From Octopus vulgaris (lineage: Eukaryota), in contig OX597818.1 in the NCBI GenBank assembly GCA_951406725.2, positions 139,996,001 through 140,060,000 on the forward strand: a stretch of DNA of 64,000 bases, given 5' to 3'. The notes beneath the pieces are model-generated. The model worked only from the letters and a program-made list of their open reading frames with translations, did not search any database and was not told where the DNA came from. The position numbers and the translations under genes are program-made. Shown in pieces: positions 40,996 to 55,038 of this stretch. Within the stretch, counting starts at the first letter, position 1, and each line of letters starts with the position of its first letter.

Positions 40996-42744
40996 TTACC
41001 TATAATAGTGACTCTCTTGCACATGACGACCGCCAGTCAAAACAAATAATTTAGTAGTCGCTGCTTGTTCCAGTCCATTCAGTTGGTAAACATGAATAAT
41101 TCTGCGACACACCAGCGTCCCTTTCCAATGGTTGGAGGAAGATATATACGCCTCAGAATCTGGGAAACCAGGTTTATGAGCCTACGGCTCGAGAATGGAC
41201 TTTCATTCATTTTGATGTTATTTCTTTTCACAACGCCCAAATAGAATGATTGTAATTTGGTGGTCTGCCGTATGGTAATGTATCGCCGTATAATTTATAG
41301 TCTAGATTCCGTTGATAGTATTAAATGTGTAAATGTGACAGTGTATAAATATACGAACGATTTGACTTTGTTTTTTATAGAGACATTGCCAATAGTTTGC
41401 GCCGTTTAATCTACTCGAAATTATAGAAATTGCAGATGTTAAATGAAGTTAAGGTTATCTCGACAGATTTTCAATACAAATTATAGCCAGCACTGATTTT
41501 GTTACGACGCTTTGTATCCGAGATGCTTGATGTAAACAACAACGAGATCGAAGATGAAAAATGGGTAATCGGCGCATATGACACATTTCAGAAGTTTTTG
41601 TTCCTTCATCAACAGCCATCCAACCCATTAATCATCCAGTATCCGAGACGCTTGATGAGATCGAAGATGAAAAGGATGTCCCTACACGTCGTTAAATGAA
41701 GTAGTTAGAAGTTAGAGCAGCACAAATGAGCAGTGAATAAAAAACGCTAAATTCTACACCTCCGTAAAAAGGGAAGCCATCAATACTTGTCACATTGTTC
41801 AGAATGTAATAATATATTACTCTATAATGTTTCTGTTGAATTCGATATTAAGTCAATTCAGACACAACAACGATTCCTTTTCAATTATTCTGAAATCCCT
41901 AAAAATTATATTGTGTGTATCGATCTTTTACCACCCTATCGGTCAAAAACAAAACAATGAATAAAAAATCAATACTAGCATATCATCAATTACTCGATAA
42001 TTAACGTATTCACAAATATTTTGTTGTTGGTTTTATACAGTTTTTCAAAAGAATTACGAAGAGATGATAGGAAATATATTTTGATCCAGCAACGATTAGA
42101 TTCAAGTCGTTTATTTACATTGGTCTTTACTGGTTTATGACAAATAAATGCTCTTGTTGTTCTGTCAGTGGTACACCAGGATTGAACAGATCAAAGATGA
42201 AAGATGTACAAACCTTCATAATAGCCTTTTACTGTAATAGTGTGAGCACTATTCTAAGGATTCACGCATTCTCTTCCATTCATAAAACAGTTGCCTGTGA
42301 TTCAGGATAATTGTCTGGCTTTCGAGAACACAGAGTGGTTCAACTTTGGGAAGAGCTCTTTAATAATTGTTGTAGTGGCTACTGCTGTAAATTCCCAATG
42401 GAGTAAAACTATTATCAAATATGTTCCAGTCGGGATCAAATATGACACTGATTCCTAGCTGCCGACTGTTTGCGTTAAAAACGATCATGAGCAATTTCAG
42501 ATAGTTTCTTTTTTTTTTACTATTTCAATCATTTAGAACGTGGGAGATTGGCTTATCTCTCTAATAACACGCTCCACACCATTCAGTTGAGACTGTGTGT
42601 GCTCAACAACTGGGATTTGATCCTGCGAAGTATAAGATTGAAGTCGCTTAAGCTCAGCTTAAGCCAACGTTGCAAGATAACTCTCACAAAGGTTTTAACT
42701 CTCTCGCACTCTCTACGCGCACACGCACACACAAACTCATACTG

Positions 42745-42794
<50 letters not shown>

Positions 42795-42908
42795 CAAGAA
42801 ATAAGAACTCGATACAAGATAAATGGATGATTATTTATATTTGTTATAATTTAGAACAAACAAGGTTGTCATTATAGTACTCGGAGTACAACCGATATAT
42901 AAATATAT

Positions 42909-43112
42909 AATTATGATTAAGGGTATCTAAAAGATACCACCATGCTAGATATAGCAACCAAAACTTGACAGCCAAAAATATTTTTTGCTAGTTTATATTG
43001 TCTCTTAGTCTTCTCTCCTGGTGCTGTATGAACATTTAATGTGGTTTTAGAGTCAAGTTTTGGCTGCTATATCTAGCATGGTGGTATCATTTAGATACCC
43101 TTAATTATAATT
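42909..43112. repeat. Inverted repeat with ~60-bp arms (fold-back or MITE-like)
   Basis: AATTATGATTAAGGGTATCTAAAAGATACCACCATGCTAGATATAGCAACCAAAACTTGAC pairs with its near-perfect reverse complement at 43052-43112. Confidence 0.8.
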
Positions 43113-43264
43113 TTAATAATACTTATTACCTATGAGGCTTTTATTCTCATGCTAGCCACTTGTTATGATCGGTATTTTAAATAACGATCTTATCCTTATT
43201 TACACACATACACACATACATACATACATACATACATACATACATACATACATACATACATACA

Positions 43265-43297
<33 letters not shown>

Positions 43298-43319
43298 GTA
43301 TATATATGTCCAACACAAT

Positions 43320-44585
43320 GATAAAAAGGTAGGGAACCAATATCTCTCTGAAGCGCTTCAGTCAGTATCCCGTTCAGATGTAATGACATGGGCTCTAGTG
43401 TTGGTGTAGATGAGTGATATCAGGCCCTGTATCTTCTTGGTGATTCCATAAGCCTGTAAGATCTTCATTAGCCAGTGACGGTCCACAGAATGAAAGGCCT
43501 TCCTAAAGTCAATGAAAACCATGACAAAAGGAAAACTATTTAATCTAGTACCCTCTAATAACCTCTTCAGTATTAGGATGTGACTGGTGGTTGATCTTCC
43601 CTCTCTGAAGCCGCTCTGGTTGTCCCTGAGCTTCTTCTCCATCTTGGGCTGGATCCTGTTAAGAATCATCCTGTTGAGCATCTTTGCTACGAGTAATATT
43701 AGTGAAATCCCCCTGTTGTTGTTGGTGTTAGTGATATCTCTCATCTTTGGCACTGGAACGTTGTTACTTATCCTCCACTGATTCGGGACAACTCCTTTTA
43801 TCCAGTGCCTCGTTACAGAACTCTAGGACGATTTCATCAAAATCACACCTCCTCATCACCTCTGGTACTACTCCATCTTCTCCATCGGCCTCTCCGTCCT
43901 TGATTGACTTCTTGGCTCTCTGAAGATCCACTTTGGCGAAGGGACCTATCTCAATTTCCATTTCCTCATCTCCATAGTAGGGTCTTAAAATGGTTCAGCC
44001 ATTTACTCTTCGTATCCTCGGGTCCTGTTAACTGGATCTGACTCTAACTCCCTCTCTTCCCCACTGTTTTTGCGTTGATGATCGTCCAGTTCTATTTACA
44101 CTTAGACCCTCCAACCGCTCTCTCCGCACTTCTGCTCATCTCCAACAGTTCCTTATCTCTGGTCTCAGTGAAAGCAGTACAAAGTTCTTCCTTCATCCCC
44201 TCCACATTCTCCTTCCTCTCCTTCGTAGGATTAGCAAGGAATCGGTGCTTGGCAGCTTTCAGATGTTCTCTAGCTGCACACACTTTTGGGTCTGCAGAGC
44301 TAACGTTCCTCCTCTTCTTCTCTCCCATTGGCACCAGGTCGTCACTTGCTTCTGCCACTTCTTTGGTGAAGTACCCGTACCCGCTCGTCACACTCTCACC
44401 AGTCCCTCCAATCTCTATCTTGTCTGTCACTCCCTACAGAGTACTGAACCTGTACCTCACTTCACTGTGTACCTCTCCTGCAGTTTATCATCTACCTTGA
44501 AAGTTCCCCAGCCATAGATTGCTCTCCGGGGCTGAGTCTTACTATTTCTTAAGGGCACATTTAACAAGCCTGTTGTCACTGCCCA
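43320..44585 (-). mobile_element. RTE-type LINE fragment (end of AP endonuclease plus N-terminal half of RT), frameshifted
   Basis: SDNRLVKC (SDH-like motif), then ORFs 44092..44430, 43764..43961 and 43358..43753 with NRGISL..AKMLNRMILNRI..NQSGFREGRST..FIDFRKAFHSVDR. Confidence 0.88.
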
Positions 44586-44880
44586 GTGTATATTTGTATG
44601 GTTCTGTGTTCAGAACATTATTCCGCCACTCTTCTTCATCAGAATGAACTCAATCTGGGACTTAAACAGGCGCATATCAGAAATATCGGTCCATATTATA
44701 TATATGTGCGTATGTGGGAATGTATATTCATTAGTTTTACATATAGATGTATATTTATGCATTCATGCACACGCACGCTTATACACTCACACAAATACAT
44801 ATACATGCACACAGTATTAATCCTAAGCACACTACTATATAAACATATATATGTATGTGTGTGTATCTCTCTCTCTCTCT

Positions 44881-44972
<92 letters not shown>

Positions 44973-45498
44973 GGGATGGGGTTTGTTTGTTTGGGTAGGT
45001 GGTTCTGTGCTTCCACCATAATATTGCTTGTTCGTATTCATATTCATGAGCAATGTCACTCTGTCTTTGTCATCAAAAGTCACATGAGTAATAATGTTTG
45101 ACATTTATTACATTTTCGGCTTTTAGAGTTTTCTTCATATTTCCTAAACAATTCATTTCATAATGATTGTTTCACAGTTTCTGAATTTACCATCCACTTT
45201 CACATACAAAATGTGCTATTTATACATTTTCCTGATTTCTCCTCGAAACCGCTTCATATACTTAAGTTCTATTCTTCAACTTAATAAAATGCATCTTTAC
45301 ATTTTATACACTGTTCCCTTTACAATTGCCTGTATTATATTTCGTCTAAAAATATACAATTTATGCATCATGTACAAATCAAGGCATTCAACAAGTTTCT
45401 TCAATTATTATTGATTCTATATTTCTGTTCTGACAATTCCTTTAAATTTCAACAATTCATTTCACAATTCTTGCATCAGTGTTTTTCTGTATAAGTTT

Positions 45499-45533
<35 letters not shown>

Positions 45534-46490
45534 TAAAACGCACCTTACAAATGCAAGACTACTTATATACAGACTGTCACACACAGATACACATATACTG
45601 CATTTATACGCTATCAAAACAATACAAGAAGGTATTTAGTACCGAGACAGGGCATAACACTGGTGTTCGTATCTTTGTGTGTAAATTATATTTGTGTATG
45701 TATATCACAGTTTGGTGGAAATATTTTGTAGCCTTTAATAATTTTTCGCTGTTGCTGTACTTCAGCTCAATCTGACATGTGAGAGAACAAATCTAGAATC
45801 AATTATTTTCGCCCTGCTATAATTTGTAGTTTAATCTTTCTCAGTTCCCTCTCCAGTCTCCTAGAAATAGAGCCTTTGCAGTATATAGTCATAATTTTTC
45901 CAGAACATCGAAAATTTGAGATGGTCGTGACTAGCAACTTAAGCCGACAGGCTTTTACATTTCCTGTTTCTTAAATAGTATTTCACTTGTGTGTTTAGGC
46001 AATTAACAAGAAAGAAACTGTTGAAAGTTATTATATATTTGACTCATAATTAAAAAATAAAAATGGTTTGGAATACAAGTTACACTGATAGTAGTAAAAA
46101 ACAGGAAAGTAAATGATATAATAGCGGAAAAAGTGTGAAAAAAAAGAAATAAAGACAGCGTATCTCTTAAATCTGTCTCCGCCAAAATCGTTTAATAAAT
46201 ACAAATCAGAGAAGGGTGGCTAACACCAGAGAGAATTAATAGATAAACTATCAAATTTTAGACCTCCATTATCGGAATCAGATTTATCGTCTTACGAATT
46301 TTGTCAGTTACTGAACAATACTAATAATATAGATATTACTGACTGAATTATTGGTTAGATTCCTATAAATTATACATCACGCAAGTGTCTTACAGAATAG
46401 CATTCATGTTTTTTTCCGGTGACTATTCACATGATACGCAACAATATATTTACATACGTGTACATAAATATATATATATATATATATATA

Positions 46491-46567
46491 TAGCTTGCTT
46501 CCTAACCACATGGTTTTAGGTTCAGTCCCACTGCGTAGCACGGTAGGCGAGTGTTTTCTACTATATG

Positions 46568-46635
<68 letters not shown>

Positions 46636-46842
46636 TGTGTGTGTGTACGTGTCTTTGCGTCTGCGTTTGTTCCCATCACCGCCTACCAACCATAAACTAG
46701 CGGTTCAGCAAAAGGGTTCTATAGAATAAGTACTAAGCTTAATAAGTAAGTCCTGGCGTGATTTTGTTCCACTAAAAACTCTTCAATGCAGTGCTCCAGC
46801 ATGGCCGTAATTAAATGACTGCAACAAGTAAAAGAACAAAAG
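46491..46842 (+). mobile_element. Diverged SINE family A with internal (TA)n
   Basis: Family-A blocks GGTTCAGTCCCACTGCG and GCTCCAGCATGGCCG..AAGTAAAAG. Confidence 0.8.
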
Positions 46843-47046
46843 ACCTTATAACTTTATAGGCGCAGGCGTGGCTGTTTGGTAAAAAGCTTGCTTACCCACT
46901 ACATGGTTCCGGGTTCAGTCCCACTGCGTGGCACCTTGGGCAAGTGTCTTCGACTATAGCTTCAGGCCGACCAAATCCTTGTAAGAGGATTTGGTAGATG
47001 GAAACTGAAATAAGCCTGTCGTATATATATATATATATATATATAT

Positions 47047-47596
47047 CCAAGGGAGTTTATAGCCACATAGACTTAAGGTTTGGGAGAATACCCATCAATA
47101 TTTAATTTATGACCACCAGCTTGAACTTAACTGTCCTAGTGGTCTTAATTCTTAATAAACGTTTAATGCACTAGCTGCATTAGACCTTTTGATGATGATA
47201 AGGGGATAGATAAAAACTGTAGCTAAATTACATGACCCCCAACTATGATCCACTTCTGCCACTCCAAAATTGTAGTTGTTTCTCTCTAAGTTTTTTTTCT
47301 GCTGCAATAATAGCAGCATGGAACTCTTTCATTTTCTAGCTCTGATGAAATAGTTGCTAAAAATTATAATAGTATATACTGTCTGTTGAAGATCTGTATT
47401 TTTGCAACTGAAGATGGTGGTGTATTTCAAACTGATGTAATGCTTGCATTGTTCGATTAAATGGAGCCGCCTGAAACGACCGTATTGCATTAATACCTTT
47501 ACATCCTTGTTACTAATTTGAGCCGTGCTGATAATATCGGACTAACTTAGTGCCTCAACGTAAGTACCTTATTCAACTGAATCTTAATTATTCCTA
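47047..47596 (+). mobile_element. Penelope-like 3' fragment (GIY-YIG C-terminus plus pseudo-LTR with hammerhead)
   Basis: ..HQLELNCPSGLNS* (the PxGLN terminus typical of PLE ORFs), followed by the hammerhead at 47403-47489. Confidence 0.7.
47403..47489 (+). ncRNA. Type I hammerhead ribozyme motif
   Basis: TGCAA-CTGAAGA-TGGTGGT..GCCGCCT-GAAA-CGACC-GTA-TTGCA. Stem I is TGCAA/TTGCA, the cores are intact, stem II has G-U pairs, stem III is minimal and the site is GUA. Confidence 0.7.
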
Positions 47597-48621
47597 TACA
47601 TATATATGCATATGTTTGTGTACCTGTGTTTGTCCCCCCTAACACCATCGCTTGACAACCGATGTTGGTGTGTTTATGTCCTCGTCACGTAGCAGTTCGG
47701 CAAAATAGACCTATAGAATAAGTCCTAGGGTCGGTTTGTTCGACTAAAAGGCGGTGCTTCTGTACGGCCATAGTCAAATAAGTGAAACAAGTAAAAGAAT
47801 AAAAGAAGATATATAGTAACTTGATTAAAAGTGATAAAATGTTCAAGTCAGTCTTCGAAATATTACTAATGGCAAATTCAAATTACTAATGATGGATACA
47901 AATTGACAATGATAAAGATAGAATTGTTATCAAGGATAGAAGACTTAACGGAGACGTAAGTTTTGAAATGCCAACCATCTCCGTTGTTAAACGAAATTGA
48001 TGTAGAGAAAAGAGAATGGAATCTTCTTAAGCGACATACAATAGATATAATTATATCGTTTACACATGATGAATACTAAGATTTATTTAACTGACTTAAT
48101 TACAGCTTTATTGCAGAGTATATAATTATGTATAGTGAATGCTAGCGGCTCAGACGCTTCTACGAGTATCCAATGTTTATAATGATATCTATTGTATGAT
48201 ACGTAGACGCTTACATACTCGATATCATTTCGTTTTGTAAAAGACCTAAAGGAGGGCATACACAAGTTTGAAAACATACAATCTCAACAAGTGTGCCTAG
48301 AGATCTACAAAACATTAATAAAATATATCAATTCATAGATTCAACAAAAAAAGTGTTTAATAGCAAAGGCATGCGAAAATTTAACACTATAAAATTTTGC
48401 TTGTATATATTAGATATTACATTTCACTGTCATGATTTTCATGACTTATACAATAAATATGTTTTTTTTGTGCCAAAAACGTTGATTTGTTGGCCCAAAC
48501 TCTTTTCACAGAAATGTCTGTATCCATTTCATCTTCGTATCCTTCAACTTACTGGTTCTTCCGTTTTGAAAATCGAAGCCTGCAAACTAAAAGAATTTAC
48601 ACAGAGCACGACATCTTATAA

Positions 48622-49030
48622 TATTTGTTTCAAATTTTGATACAAGGCTAACAATTTTGGGAGACGAGTAAGTCAATTACATCGATCCCCCAGTGCTCAA
48701 CTGATACATATATTATCGATTCTGAAGGGATGAAAGGCAATATTGACCCCGGCGGAATTTGAACTCAAAACGAAAAGACGGACGAAATGATGCTAACCAT
48801 TTTGCCCGGCGTGCCAACAAGTCTACCAGATCACCGTCTTACGGTGTTTTATAATATTAGTTTCAAATTACGGGATAAGGCTAGCAAATTCCGGGAAATG
48901 GAGTCACTCAATTATATCGACCACAGTGCTCAACTGATACTTATTTTATCGACCCCAAAAGGACAAAAGCAAAGTTGACCTCGGTACGAAATGCCATTAA
49001 GTATTTTGCCAATCATTGTAACGATTACTC
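48622..49030 (-). mobile_element. Two adjacent diverged SINE family C copies
   Basis: GGATGAAAGGCAA..GACCCCGGCGGAATTTGAACTCA and a second GACCCCAAAAGGACAAAAGCAAAGTTGACCTCGG. Confidence 0.65.
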
Positions 49031-49237
49031 GCTTCGATAAAACCTTGCACACGGTAGCATAGGAATTGGATGGATATGTACTGCGACCGATTTTAATTTA
49101 ATTCAACAAAATGCACATAACTGCTACATCAAAGAACACAAGAATAATTATCCAGCAGATACATGTATCTATGTAGAATTTGATGAGAATAATGTTTATA
49201 TAAATATATCATTCTTTATAATGTATTTATTTATTTA

Positions 49238-49283
<46 letters not shown>

Positions 49284-49389
49284 AATATCTATCTATCTAC
49301 CTATGTATCTGTCTATCTATCTATCTATCTATGTGTCTATCTCCCTCTTTCTCTCTTTCTCTCTCACTCTTCTCTCCCCCACCCTCTCT

Positions 49390-49527
49390 CTGGTTCAAAG
49401 TCTCTCTTGACCAGAAATGGCATGAACTCTTTGTATGATCACCCTCCTTGTACATAACTCCCTGTCCCCCTACATGGACTTGCTTTTGCATCTTGAGCCA
49501 ATAAAAATTGAATTGAATTGAATTGAA
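49390..49527 (+). mobile_element. LINE-like 3' end with (ATTGA)n tail
   Basis: ..TCTTGAGCCAATAAAAATTGAATTGAATTGAATTGAA, which is a polyA signal plus a short tandem-repeat tail. Confidence 0.45.
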
Positions 49528-51265
49528 AAAAACAATATTGTTGGTGTTCTATAGAACTAGTCTGGAAACATTTTGATACCACCGTATGAATGAATACGTC
49601 AATTTTTGATCACGGGAACACCCATTAATTGAATTAGGAAGTGTTCCAGAGTAACATGTGCCCTTGACATAATACTCAGGTATGATTTGCGTACCACAGG
49701 TTATTACACCGCTCGACGTTCGAAATACAATTTCAGTGTTTCTTACGGATCTCCAATCAGCTCCACGTATGAATTCTAAGACAAATATATGCATAGTAAA
49801 AGACAGTCGCTTCAGAAACTACGCATTGGGATCGAACTGAGCAGCTTATGATTGCTGTTCGAAATTTTTTCATGGTATGGCCATTTAGTATAGTATTTTT
49901 TTCTTTCGGCTTTAATCATTGGACTGCTTCTGTGTGTAGGCGACGCACGCACACATTCACATACTCACAGCGACATCATACATTCATACATACATAAAAT
50001 AAATAATACACACATACACACACGCACGCACACACACGTATATAGCTTATACAACTCACACACACATACACACGCACAAACACATAGACACGTACATATG
50101 TATAAAAATACCCATACAGAAATTTAGAGTGATTGAGAAAATGAGAGAGCAGGAGATTTCATAAAGTATTGAAGAATTGAATAGATATGTGTTTACGTAT
50201 ATACACACATTAACACTCGCACACACACACACTATTCACACACACATAAACACACACACTCAAAAACAAATACACACCTATAAACATACATATACGTGCA
50301 CACAGTGACACATATACATGTATGTAAATGTATGTAAATGTTGACATAGAGTACTCAGACTACAGGATCTAAAGCTATCCTTTTTTTTTCTTTTACTCGT
50401 AAATGTGGTATTAGCTTTTTGAAGTCTATAATACGCTGGACGTAGTGGAGTTAATGTGAAATACTATAAAAACACAAACCACATTTAGTATTGGAAAAAC
50501 AATAACAGTGACTAGAAGTTTACTGATTAGTTTTAAATAGGAATAGTTAGATTAACTTGTTAGCTCTGTAGAATCGATCTCTCTTATGGTTACGATACAA
50601 ATGTGTGTATCTGCGTTTGAATGTGTGTGTGAGAGTTTCTGAGTGTATGTGCGTGTATGTGTGTGTGCGCCTGCATATAATTATATGTATATTTTCTTCT
50701 GCACACAAATATACACATGCTTATAAATATATGTATGTATACATGTATATTTGTAAATTTACCAGTGTATCAATGTCTATGTATATATCCTAATGTTTCC
50801 ATTTATTTTAGAAAAACGTTTTTCCCATGAATTATCACTCAATATGCAAACTAAAGCAACGATCACTTCTTAATCATATTTAATGGTGCTATATCACATG
50901 ATTTATACCCCAACATTAGTCGCCAAATTTTGTCAACCATTTTCGCGCAGCCATCGAACGAAATCTTCATCTGATTAGGTGTTCTAATTATTAGAGTTCA
51001 CATAAGTATGATTTCTTAATTTTAGGAAATGTTTCTGGGCTTAGACATTATTATCTTAACACTGATATGTTTAAATTAATATATTCCTGTTGGTTGTTAT
51101 ATTTACGACCTTTCGTCGTTGAGCAATGTTCTCAGCATTCCAAACCGAACCGTGTATAATGTCCTCGGGCTGATTGTTCTCATTATTATGTCTATGACTG
51201 GACTATTCTTAATAATGTTCCTCAGTTATATCTCTTGCTTGGTCGGCATGAGGCATTGATCAGGG

Positions 51266-51305
<40 letters not shown>

Positions 51306-51312
<7 letters not shown>

Positions 51313-51926
51313 AATAATAAGGGTGAAAAATTGAATATTAATTTGATTAATATCAATTTAAAACAATTTAAAAATTATATTACATACATATAAGGCAGAT
51401 GACCACTACGTGGACATCCATTATGCTAGGAGTGGATACGCTATGGCCTTACCACTAAGAAATGAATGTTTTCAAGAAAATTTAGCAAACACCAGAACGT
51501 AAGCGAGCAAGACAAATGAAAAGAAACAAAATATAGATTAATCATAAACTAATTTCGCTATTAACACTTACACAAGCTAATTACGTAATTATACGTTGCT
51601 CTTCAGTTTGATCGTCATAGCAAATATAATTTGAAGAACTATACACGGAACGTTCGCATGAGATTGAGCATGTATACAGTTCTATCAGTTACACGTGGAG
51701 CTATCTCTCAAAATTCTTCATTTGCTAAATTTTCAAACGTCTATGTTTGCTAAATTTTCTTGAAAAAATTCCTTTCTTAGACCATAGCGGATCTACCTCC
51801 AGCGTAATGGATGTCCACTACGTGGACATCCATCTCATATATATATAAGCAATATAATTTTCCTGAATCTTCAGATTTTCATATGCTAGACCACTGGTTT
51901 TAAATTGATATTAGTCAAAGTAATAT
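51306..51926. mobile_element. Diverged ~600-bp fold-back element adjacent to (TA)n
   Basis: Nested inverted matches: ATATTAATTTGATTAATATCAATTTAAAAC with GTTTTAAATTGATATTAGTCAAAGTAATAT, GTGGACATCCATTA.GCT.G with CCAGCGTAATGGATGTCCAC, and TTTTCAAGAAAATTTAGCAAACA with TGTTTGCTAAATTTTCTTGAAAA. Confidence 0.7.
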
Positions 51927-52899
51927 CGCTGTCTGAAACTCATCTTTGACATCACGTGAGTTTATCAAGTCACTAAAATCACGTCTGACTTCCACTCCAC
52001 CACTTCAACCTGTATCAAAATAAGGTCTTTTTACATGGTATATAAAATGGGTGTTGTTACAATTGCTCTCGGTGGATTATGTTGTTAGAGAGTGACTAAA
52101 ACAAATGAGAGGAGCTGAGGATTTCTAGTTCAGAATAGCGTGCTATATGAATATAGAGAACCGTGATAACAATGTTAGGCAAAGCCTTCATATATAGTCA
52201 CACCAGTGTTATTGCTGTGTGGATTGGTGAGTTAAAGATGAGGCAATAAGGTTGAAACAAGATTTTCCATATGCTGTTACACTACAATATGAGATTGACC
52301 GATGTCATAGTCAAGACTATTTGTTCCATATCTCTACGTACAATGCCTAGGCAGGTTTGGGGAAGTTTTCAGCATCTTTCTGAATAGATGGTGTCTCGTA
52401 AAAACTACTCGAAAGCTGGTAACCTTTTATTTCTTAGAAAAATTCCGGCACAAGTACATAGCATTTGTCAAATAAGATGATTAAAATGCCAAGTATCGTT
52501 CTACGATAGATGGTGTAAGTATCAACAATACCAGTGGAGTTGATATGTTTCTCTCTACAAAATTCCATGAACAGGGTAACACTCAACTGTTGTCTAAAGT
52601 CGTTCCGTAAAGTGGAATGTTATCCAATAGCACAAAGAAGAAAAAGCAGACGTGTTAAATAAATAAATATGCCTTCAACTATATGTATTTATTAAACTTT
52701 CTTAACATGCATATAAGAAGCAGGTTGAGGCAAACGATGATTTTAGGATTTTCACCGATGATATATATAGAAACATCTGTCTCCATGTTATACCATTTAT
52801 TTGATACAACTTGTTGCACAATCGTTGCTGAATTATTTAGTTTTTATTTTTATATATAACATCTAAATATTCACTATTTATTCTTTAGTTTACGGCTTT

Positions 52900-53800
52900 G
52901 ATAATGAATGTTGAAAATACTAGAGCCTTTTTCTGCTACCAGAGAAGATTAAGTGCAAGGGCAGCGGCCAAAAAGAAAAAAAGAAAAAATTAATGACGTT
53001 GGGGGTCTAGGAAACCCAACGAACAAGTGGAATAAGACTGTTGAGACGTTTCAAGGACGGTCACAAACCAAAGTTGCAGAGAGTTTCTGTTGTGGAAGAT
53101 TAAACCTTGCTTTAAATGGTTTGAACAACAGCCAAGCAGAGGCACTCGTATATTTTCGGCTGAACTCGGTCCTTCACAAAGCACCATCAATTGACACCTC
53201 CATAAGCTGACCAATGAACCGGTTTAACGACGCGTGAACAATTACAAACAACTGCTGGGACATCTTCAAGATGCCCGTTTTTTGGTGTTAAATTGTAACT
53301 GGGGATACAAAATAAATCTATTTTCATAATCCTATTAAGAGAAACTTGTGGATTCGATCCCGTCAGAACAGGTTGGCAAACAAGAGGGCATGTTGTGTGT
53401 TAGAATATTGAGAGGATGTTGCACTTTGAGCTCGTTCCAGATGATCATGCTGTGAACGCTAACTGTTATGCTCAACAACTACAGTAGGTATATGATGCAT
53501 TGAACGCCTGCTACCCGGTATCAGTAAATCGAAGACGCACACTCCTACAGCATGAAAACGAGCCCCAACACACATTGCCAATATGATCAAGAATGAACTT
53601 GAAAAACTTGAGAGACTGGAAGCGCTGCTTCATGGTGACTACAATTCAGACCTTGCACCATCAGATTATCACATTTTCCGAGAAATGGCACATTTCCTGC
53701 AAGGAGAGAAGTGTAACGATAAGGATGAGGCTGATAGAGCTTTTTACCTTTATTTGAGTGAAATGCTATAAGCGTGGAATTGAGCTTCTGACACAATGGG
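52900..53800 (+). pseudogene. mariner-family transposase relic
   Basis: FELVPDDHAVNANCYAQQL..LLQHENEPQH..HGDYNSDLAPSDYHIFREMAHFLQG matches the HDNA.PH and YSPDLAPSDYHLF motifs. It has many stops and frameshifts and is interrupted by a SINE. Confidence 0.85.
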
Positions 53801-54183
53801 GAAGCACTCCGTCCGTTACGACGATGAGGGTTCCGGTTGATCCGAATCAACGGAACAGCCTGCTCGTGAAATTAACGTGTAAGTGGCTGAGCACTCCACA
53901 GACACGTGCACCCTTAACGTAGTTCTCGGGGATATTCAGCGTGACACAGAGAGTGACAAGGCTGGCCCTTTGAAATACAGGTACAACAGAAACAGGAATT
54001 AAGAGTGACAGAAAGTTGTGGTGAAAGAGTACAGCAGGGATCACCACCATCCCTGCCGGAGCCTCGTGGAGCTTTTAGGTGTTTTTGCTCAATAAACACT
54101 CACAACGCCCGGTCTGGGAATCGAAACCGCGATCCTACGACTGCGAGTCCGCTGCCCTAACCACTGGGCCATTGTGCCTCCAC
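53800..54183 (-). mobile_element. SINE family B
   Basis: Reverse complement is near-identical to 20731-21116. Confidence 0.92.
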
Positions 54184-54981
54184 TAATTAATGATAAGAGA
54201 AATAGTAAATGGGCGAGAGAATGGTTTCTATGTTTAATAAACGAAAATGTGTATAGTTGATTATAGAACAAAAGGCAGAAAACACGGTGTTAATCCTATC
54301 ACAATATAATGAACATATATAAAGCTTCATTTTATCTTTACAACAATTTATTATGAATTTAGAGGAAATGTAAAACCTCCCAGCATGATAACCGCTTACT
54401 ATATATTTTGCTTGTGTTTATATGTATGTGCACCTGTATGTGTGTGAGTATAAGTGTGTGTGTGTCCTAATATACAGGGAAATCGATTTTTATTCTTTGC
54501 AAAACCTCCAAAGGATCCTTGTATTACTTTGCTTTGTTATATTTTATTTTCATGATAGCGATTAAAATTCAAACCACACACCTAACAAATACCATTGGTG
54601 AGAATGAAGATAGAAATGAAATTTTTGAATAGGGAAAGTGCTTCAAACAACTGACATATCTCACTGTATGTTTCAAAACTGAGATGTAGATTGGAAATAA
54701 TTTTATCATCAATATATAATAGTAATAATGATATTCACTCTCATGTCAGTCTTTCCTTCTATGTAAATTGAATTTCTTCTTTACTTGGATATACATCAAA
54801 GTCTGCATAAAAGGTTGACTTTTAAAGACAGTAATAGTAACGTTTAAATTAATTATTTTTTATATTTCGATCATTTCTCGTTAATATGTTGAGATATCCC
54901 CGCAAAAGCAATAAGTACTCCATCCTTTATTATAAGATAACTTAAACTATTTCCAAATATGTTGCTGTTATTATTATTATT

Positions 54982-55015
<34 letters not shown>

Positions 55016-55038
55016 ACATCATTATAATTATTATTATT

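Larger units (their letters stand above)
46858..47807 (+). mobile_element. SINE family A split by a PLE insertion in its internal (TA)n
   Basis: The 5' half is 46858-47021 and the 3' half resumes at ~47600. Confidence 0.85.

Noticed and set aside
41490-41810. Possible piggyBac C-terminal relic with a duplicated GAGATCGAAGATGAAAA
   Set aside because: No convincing cysteine-rich motif or TTAA-bounded terminus was found.
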